DNA from: Promethearchaeota archaeon
GTDB lineage: Archaea; Asgardarchaeota; Lokiarchaeia; Sigyniarchaeales; SOKP01
Direction of reading: 5' to 3'
Length of the DNA: 64,000 bases
Assembly (NCBI GenBank): GCA_008080735.1
Contig: SHMW01000010.1
Coordinates: 24,976 to 88,975 of the forward strand
Made by a program: the position numbers and the translations under genes
The notes under the pieces: generated by a model
Seen by the model: only the letters and a program-made list of their open reading frames with translations
Told to the model about the DNA's origin: nothing
Databases searched by the model: none
Part shown: positions 58,469-64,000 of the stretch, one piece after another
How positions within the stretch are numbered: position 1 is the first letter of the stretch
How the letters are laid out: each line of letters starts with the position of its first letter

Positions 58469-61400
58469 TTACTGATACGAAAATTGAAAGCTTCTGAGAT
58501 AGTTCTCCTTCTTCAAGTTAATTATGGTACTTATGACCTTATTTCTCGGCTCATCTCTACCCACCATCCCAAAGCTCAAGAGATCGGAAAAAAAGAAATA
58601 CTCCTTTTCTTTTTGTATCTCATTAGCCAACTCTATTAGATCTTTTTCTAAATTATCAAGGTCGTCAGAGTCTTTATTTTGGTTAGTCTTTAGCGGATAC
58701 ATCAAAGAGATATTAAAATATTTTTCAACCAGTTTATCAGCTCCCTTAAACACGGATGTATCTCCTTTGAATGAGGTGATGAGGTTCTGGTATCGATCTT
58801 CGAACTCTTTTGTGAATTGAATTTGTTGCTCTTTCAAGTATTCGGAAGGCTGTTGCTCGGCAATTAATGCGATTCGTACATAATCCCCATCAGTTAAATT
58901 GATATGAAAATCATAGTAATTCATTTCAAACCCTTTTGCTTGTTTGGATAAGCCGTTCTTCTTAAATTCTCGCTTAAATGACGAAATTGCGTGTAAAAAT
59001 CCGCTTATTAGGTCTGGGTCTAACTTCTCAGAGGATATTTGCTGACTGTATATGGCGACACCAACCTCCTTATGAATGATCATAATATAGGAAAGTTTGA
59101 GGAGATCTTCAAGAATCATCGCATCCGTTTTCCATTTTTCTCTCAATCGCTCCATTTTTCTATGTCTAAGTACCATATACCCTGAGATACCTAAAATGAT
59201 CGCGATAAAGAGCGGGCTTAACATTATCATTGTGTCTAGAAATAATGTAACGCCATTTATCACTCTAAATTTCGTTGATGATGATTCCGATACTGCATAG
59301 ACATTTTCTTCGGCACATTGTACCCGTATGTAATATCCTCTTCCAGTTTCCTTCAAATCCAAATTGACTGAGGCTATCCCGTTCTCATCGGTTATGACGG
59401 GAAATTGATCTACAACTTGATCACTTGGATTCATCACTTGAAAATAAATCTTCAAATTAGTTATGGCCGTCCCGTTATCACCAGTCACATTCACGGAAAA
59501 GTATTGATTGCCCGCCATATATTCAGACGCAAATCCCGAAAGAAATTCTATTGTTGGTTTAATTTTATAGATTTCATAGGTTCCATTGACATCAAACCGA
59601 ACAAAGGGCCATATGGAAGTAATAACAAATTCATAATAGCCCCCCTCTGCAAAACCATTTTCTATTTCTGATTCCCAAGAACCTTGCTGAAGTCCATAGT
59701 TATTCACTTTCAAGCCATTTACTTCCATACCCAGATATTCGGGAGTGGTATCACCTTCGTCTACTCCAAACCCGATTTTCGAAGTGATGTCCGATGAAAT
59801 TAAATTCCGGATGTATATATATAAACTGACTTCATCTATACTCACATTAAATCCTTCAATTGTATCACTATTATACCTCAATCTCATTCTAAATAGATTA
59901 TCCGCTGATTCATTTAGTAATCTTAAAAATATCCAAGTTAAACTTGTATCAATTTCGGTGATGATTGTTTTTTCATTGTTATGTGCATAAGTTTTATTTT
60001 CGCTAATAGGAATCCAAGTATAATTTTCAAAAATTACCTCAAATGGACCTGTATCCATCTCTCCTTTGTAAACTTCTAAAATGGCATGTGTTAAATCTAC
60101 TTGATTTTGAAAACTAGTATTAGAGCTTATCCTAACCTCCATCTTGGGTAAATAAGGGTAAGGATACTTTACTAACCAATCGTAGAAATTAACATCCCAG
60201 AGGGAATTATTAAATTCATTTAAAATATTAAAATTAAATTCTGCTGTTAAATTATTCGAATCTGCTTGTAAATTCAAATATTCATTATCATTTTCGAAAA
60301 TTGTTGATAATTCATAATTCCCTTGGCCCTTATTTGTATCATTTTCAACTATTAGCTTATTTGGGTGCTCCAAATTCTCAATGAGAGGATCATATTTTTG
60401 AATTTCTGTTAGAGAGTCTATTTCACCAATTTCAATAGTAAGTTTATCAATGCTAACATTAAAGCTTCCATTCCCATTACCAGTATATTCAAACATGAAT
60501 CTTAAATTATTGTTATCGTTACTATTAATCCATTTAAGGAATTCAATTTTTTCATTTGGATCTCTTATTTCATAAGTCATGAGCTCTGAATTGTTGTTTT
60601 TTAAGTTAAAAAAATGAGAAATGTTTTGCCATCCAACTATAAAAGGTTGTTCAAAATTCCAAGCATATAGAGTTCCATCCTCAATATTTTCAGGGTGAGA
60701 TACATTTAGAGCTAGAGAAATTTCAATCTTAAAGAGTTTCGTATAGTGATTCAAATACCAATCTATCAATCCAAAAAAACCAAGAAATCCAAGAGCTTCA
60801 TCATATAAATCATGATAAGTACCTTCATAATTACGCAGATCCTCTAAATTGAAATCAGTAATAAATTTGACGTTATTAGACTCATTAGCAACAATATATT
60901 CATTTCCATCCATGTGTTCGACAAAAGAAGTCGGGTCTCCATCTTGTAGGGTTCCCTCTTCTTCCGTGGTGTTGACAACATTATTAAGAGTATAATTATC
61001 AAATATGAAATCGGGAGATTGGGCAAATATTTCTCCCTCTCCGATATCATCAGCTGCACCCTCATCAAGATTGAAATAGAGAAATTTTGGACCTCCTCCG
61101 TTATCAGTATCATCAGGTGGTATTTTTACGCGAAATGCAAACCAATATTTATCTATTCCATCCTCAAAAGTATGTTTGGTGTTTGAAATATTTAGAAATA
61201 CGGGACCATAATCAGAGGATTTAAAATCAAAAGTCACCCATTCGGGATAAATCTTGATAGGATGTGGTTTTTGAACCTTTCCCAGGGTTTCATTCGGGTT
61301 GGGCGTTCCAACCTCATCATCCGAACAATTTACAATCGCAACCTCCCACGAATTTTCATCCGTAAAATAAGTCTTATTGTTAATATCCTGAATTAAAATA

Positions 61401-61819
61401 GTCACATTATTGACATACTGACTCATTCTCACATAAAATTTTTGATACACATATATCGAGCCGTTCGGAGAGCTCCTGACCGAATCTGAGAATTCAGTTT
61501 CAATATTTTTTGTATAATTCAGCGCAGAGAGATTCTCAAAATTCATTTTCGCATAGGAAAGATGATGATTTGGTAGAAAAAGTCGGGGTGGTTCATTTAA
61601 TGCGGGATTTATAGTATCAATTAAGCAATCGGTATCAGTTTGAGTTATATTGGTGAAGACTTTATTTTCTCTGTTTATCTCGTTCAGAGAGAGATTTTCA
61701 GCATAATTGATTCTCATCGGATTTTGATAAACACAAAGAGCAAGAGGAACGATAAGCGACAAAAATAATATACTTACCACTAAATAACTTTTATTCACAC
61801 TTTTCATAAACAATCCCAT
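58469..61819 (-). CDS. Large membrane protein: signal/TM, ~830-aa beta-rich ectodomain, TM, cytoplasmic longin-like domain
   Basis: N-terminal hydrophobic segment; N/D/E-rich ectodomain; TM LSPLFIAIILGISGYMVL; then YIMIIHKEVGVAIYS...DPDLISGFLHAISSF. Confidence 0.75.
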   Translation of the reverse strand: MGLFMKSVNKSYLVVSILFLSLIVPLALCVYQNPMRINYAENLSLNEINRENKVFTNITQTDTDCLIDTINPALNEPPRLFLPNHHLSYAKMNFENLSALNYTKNIETEFSDSVRSSPNGSIYVYQKFYVRMSQYVNNVTILIQDINNKTYFTDENSWEVAIVNCSDDEVGTPNPNETLGKVQKPHPIKIYPEWVTFDFKSSDYGPVFLNISNTKHTFEDGIDKYWFAFRVKIPPDDTDNGGGPKFLYFNLDEGAADDIGEGEIFAQSPDFIFDNYTLNNVVNTTEEEGTLQDGDPTSFVEHMDGNEYIVANESNNVKFITDFNLEDLRNYEGTYHDLYDEALGFLGFFGLIDWYLNHYTKLFKIEISLALNVSHPENIEDGTLYAWNFEQPFIVGWQNISHFFNLKNNNSELMTYEIRDPNEKIEFLKWINSNDNNNLRFMFEYTGNGNGSFNVSIDKLTIEIGEIDSLTEIQKYDPLIENLEHPNKLIVENDTNKGQGNYELSTIFENDNEYLNLQADSNNLTAEFNFNILNEFNNSLWDVNFYDWLVKYPYPYLPKMEVRISSNTSFQNQVDLTHAILEVYKGEMDTGPFEVIFENYTWIPISENKTYAHNNEKTIITEIDTSLTWIFLRLLNESADNLFRMRLRYNSDTIEGFNVSIDEVSLYIYIRNLISSDITSKIGFGVDEGDTTPEYLGMEVNGLKVNNYGLQQGSWESEIENGFAEGGYYEFVITSIWPFVRFDVNGTYEIYKIKPTIEFLSGFASEYMAGNQYFSVNVTGDNGTAITNLKIYFQVMNPSDQVVDQFPVITDENGIASVNLDLKETGRGYYIRVQCAEENVYAVSESSSTKFRVINGVTLFLDTMIMLSPLFIAIILGISGYMVLRHRKMERLREKWKTDAMILEDLLKLSYIMIIHKEVGVAIYSQQISSEKLDPDLISGFLHAISSFKREFKKNGLSKQAKGFEMNYYDFHINLTDGDYVRIALIAEQQPSEYLKEQQIQFTKEFEDRYQNLITSFKGDTSVFKGADKLVEKYFNISLMYPLKTNQNKDSDDLDNLEKDLIELANEIQKEKEYFFFSDLLSFGMVGRDEPRNKVISTIINLKKENYLRSFQFSYQ

Positions 61820-61878
61820 GACTCAACAAATTTGTATATTACTACATAGTAATTATGGATTGATTTTTAAATCTTAGG

Positions 61879-61896
61879 TTTCTATTCGAATAGAAA
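61879..61896. promoter_or_regulatory. 18-bp perfect palindrome TTTCTATTCGAATAGAAA
   Basis: 60 bp upstream of the 61819 start; a second inverted repeat ATTACTA-CA-TAGTAAT lies at 61838-61853. Confidence 0.5.
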
Positions 61897-62033
61897 TTCG
61901 CGTGGATTAGAAGAAAAAAAGCAGGCTCCTCAGAAATGGAGAATCAAGTTAGATATTGAGAAGTCTGGTAGTTTTTCATGGATCTAATCGGTAGGGCATA
62001 AAACAAAATGCAGTTAATTACATATTATATAGT

Positions 62034-62735
62034 TTATAATAAAATTTTCAAGCCCTTGCTTTCCAATCGACTAACAGTTTGAGGGATTTGGGTTATATTA
62101 TTTCGTATGAGTTTAAATAATCGCAAGGATTTCATGGTTCCAATCTCATTTGGAATTGATTGAATGTTATTAAAACTAAGATCGAGCACCTCAAGTCGTT
62201 TCAATTCCGAAATGATGTCTGGAATTTTGAGTATATGATTGCCTATCAAATCTAATTCGCGGAGATTCTTCAATGAAGATAATGATTCAGGTAAATATTC
62301 AAGATAATTCCACGCGAGATTGAGCGTTCGTAAGTTCTTCAAATGGGTTAGCACTTCGGGAAATTCATATAATCCCATTTTAAATAGGCTAAGTCCAGAA
62401 ATTGTCCCATCCTCAATCGAGAACCCAACAGAATTATAGCTAATCGAGGGTAAAAGCGGCAATTCCCTCTCAAAGCTAATCTCCAAAATTTTGAGAATAT
62501 CACTTTCTTTCTTGGATAGTTGATTCCGAAGATATTCAGCTTCGTTTTTCCGCTTTAGATTATCATAACATAAACAACAATAAAATTCAAGAGAATTACA
62601 TTGCCATAACTCAATCACCCTTTCTTTCGAGAGGTCTTTATTTTTGAAATAAAATTCACCGAACTCAATTGGTCTTTTGCACTGATAACACATCCGTTTT
62701 TTAAAGTCTCGTGGTTTGGGAAATTGAAAGCTCAT
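62034..62735 (-). CDS. LRR protein with N-terminal Cys-cluster (Zn-finger-like) domain
   Basis: CYQC...YCCLC; LxxLxLxxNxLxxLP repeats of 23 aa. Confidence 0.85.
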   Translation of the reverse strand: MSFQFPKPRDFKKRMCYQCKRPIEFGEFYFKNKDLSKERVIELWQCNSLEFYCCLCYDNLKRKNEAEYLRNQLSKKESDILKILEISFERELPLLPSISYNSVGFSIEDGTISGLSLFKMGLYEFPEVLTHLKNLRTLNLAWNYLEYLPESLSSLKNLRELDLIGNHILKIPDIISELKRLEVLDLSFNNIQSIPNEIGTMKSLRLFKLIRNNITQIPQTVSRLESKGLKILL

Positions 62736-63035
62736 ATATGAGAAATTCGAATTTAAGATATTTTATTAGGAAACAGAAAAAAGGGAATATAAACCTTTTT
62801 TTTATAATTGAAAGGAAACTCCGATTTAAACCCAATATGAAAACTTCATGATTTAGAAAAAACGCCAGAAGAGTCTGGTATATCCGATAAGATGGTTATT
62901 ATCAATTCTCATCCAAATCACAGGATTTCAGGCAAGAAAACCCAATGGTTTTTCTATGAGTTCTCATTAAATTGTATAATTAGAAAATTGCTTCCAATTT
63001 ATTTAAAGGAATGAATTTGACAAGGTGAAATTATT

Positions 63036-63791
63036 ATGTGGTTAATATTACTTGTATGGTTTGTCGTTATTATCGTGTCTACAGTATTTATCAGTCAATA
63101 CATTAAAATGAGCCAACGTTCGGATGTGGCGATAGCGTTTTATGTACTGTTTATCACGATGTCGCAGATTCTGGCCGCGAAAATTGGAGACTTTAGTATT
63201 GGAACCTTCACAATAGCTGCCCCCGTTGCCGTGCTGATCTTCCCGTTTACCTTTCAGATTACAGATATGGTTAATGAAGCATTTGGAAGAAAAGAGGTTC
63301 ATAAAATGATTTTCATCGCTTTCATCACACAAATTCTCATGACGATTTTTATTTGGTTTAGCATCGAGATTACCCCATTTATTTTCTGGGGAGATAATCC
63401 CGCAGAGACAAACACATTACAAACCTTTTGGACTAGCTTCTTCGGGTCGACAATTAGAATCACCGCCGCTTCCTGGATCTCGTTTATCATTACCGAAAAT
63501 CTTGACGCGCTGGTCTATTCTAAGATTAAAAAGCTCACCAAGGGTAAAAACTTGTGGATTCGAAACGTATTCAGCGATATTCCAATGTTGGCGCTTGACA
63601 GCTTTATCTTTGTAACGATTGCATTCTTAGGAATAACCGACATCTGGCCCTTAATTTTAGGGCAATTACTTACCAAATGGTTTTTTGGTGTATTGGACAC
63701 TCCTTTTATCTATCTGGCACGCGGCATTATCGAAGATAGGATAGATCCTCTGGGAAAAGTTATAAATAAATTCAAATTCGTTGGGAAATAG
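63036..63791 (+). CDS. yhhQ: Queuosine/archaeosine precursor transporter (YhhQ/VUT family)
   Basis: ILAAKI, FPFTFQITDMVNEAFG, RITAAS, LWIRN...DSFIFVTIAF. Confidence 0.85.
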   Translation: MWLILLVWFVVIIVSTVFISQYIKMSQRSDVAIAFYVLFITMSQILAAKIGDFSIGTFTIAAPVAVLIFPFTFQITDMVNEAFGRKEVHKMIFIAFITQILMTIFIWFSIEITPFIFWGDNPAETNTLQTFWTSFFGSTIRITAASWISFIITENLDALVYSKIKKLTKGKNLWIRNVFSDIPMLALDSFIFVTIAFLGITDIWPLILGQLLTKWFFGVLDTPFIYLARGIIEDRIDPLGKVINKFKFVGK

Positions 63792-63894
63792 TCTCATATG
63801 GTTAATTCTTTTCTATTCTTTTTTTATAAAAATAAGATTAAATTTTAAAATATTTATTTAATTTCAATCCCACATTATATTCAGATAGAGAATT

Positions 63895-64000
63895 ATGACA
63901 CAAGATAAACCAAAAACAGGATTTTTTCGAGTAAGTGGTTTGGTTCTCTTCTTTTTTACGGTCTTGGTTACAGTCTTGGCATGGATTACCTATGGATCTC
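63895..64000 (+). CDS. Membrane protein N-terminus, 3'-truncated by the window edge
   Basis: MTQDKPKTGFFRVSGLVLFFFTVLVTVLAWITYGS, open to the window end. Confidence 0.5.
   Translation, partial: MTQDKPKTGFFRVSGLVLFFFTVLVTVLAWITYGS

Noticed and set aside
62740-63035. Possible preQ1 riboswitch upstream of yhhQ
   Set aside because: Only short generic hairpins are present; I could not see a preQ1 consensus

Overview
AT-rich, gene-dense archaeal chromosomal DNA, most likely from an Asgard (Lokiarchaeia-like) archaeon. That assignment is inferred from longin/roadblock proteins, an Arf/Rab-like small GTPase, SDS22-type LRR proteins, several SCP2 domains and eukaryote-type SECIS hairpins. I saw no rRNA, tRNA, CRISPR array or mobile element. 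The main discovery is a minus-strand selenoprotein cluster at about 8.5-10.2 kb that the ORF track fragments or misses. It holds (i) a previously uncalled 39-codon zinc-ribbon microprotein (10074-10193) whose two in-frame TGA codons both align with cysteines of a Cys-only paralog 2.8 kb away, (ii) a Prx-like/AhpC-TSA gene with UxxC (9378-9893), and (iii) a second Prx-like gene with a UxxU motif plus a third TGA (8600-9091). Each gene is followed by its own AUGA...UGAC SECIS-like hairpin of matching geometry. Other notable points are a class II ribonucleotide reductase interrupted by one in-frame TAA, candidate ATT start codons, a small GTPase coupled to a uDENN/longin-wHTH protein downstream of 7TM genes, a membrane V4R-like protein paired with a longin-roadblock protein, a large receptor-like protein with a cytoplasmic longin-like domain, and an M23 peptidase-like protein. 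The rest is metabolic, transport and housekeeping genes. All functional calls come from motif recognition by eye, not database searches.
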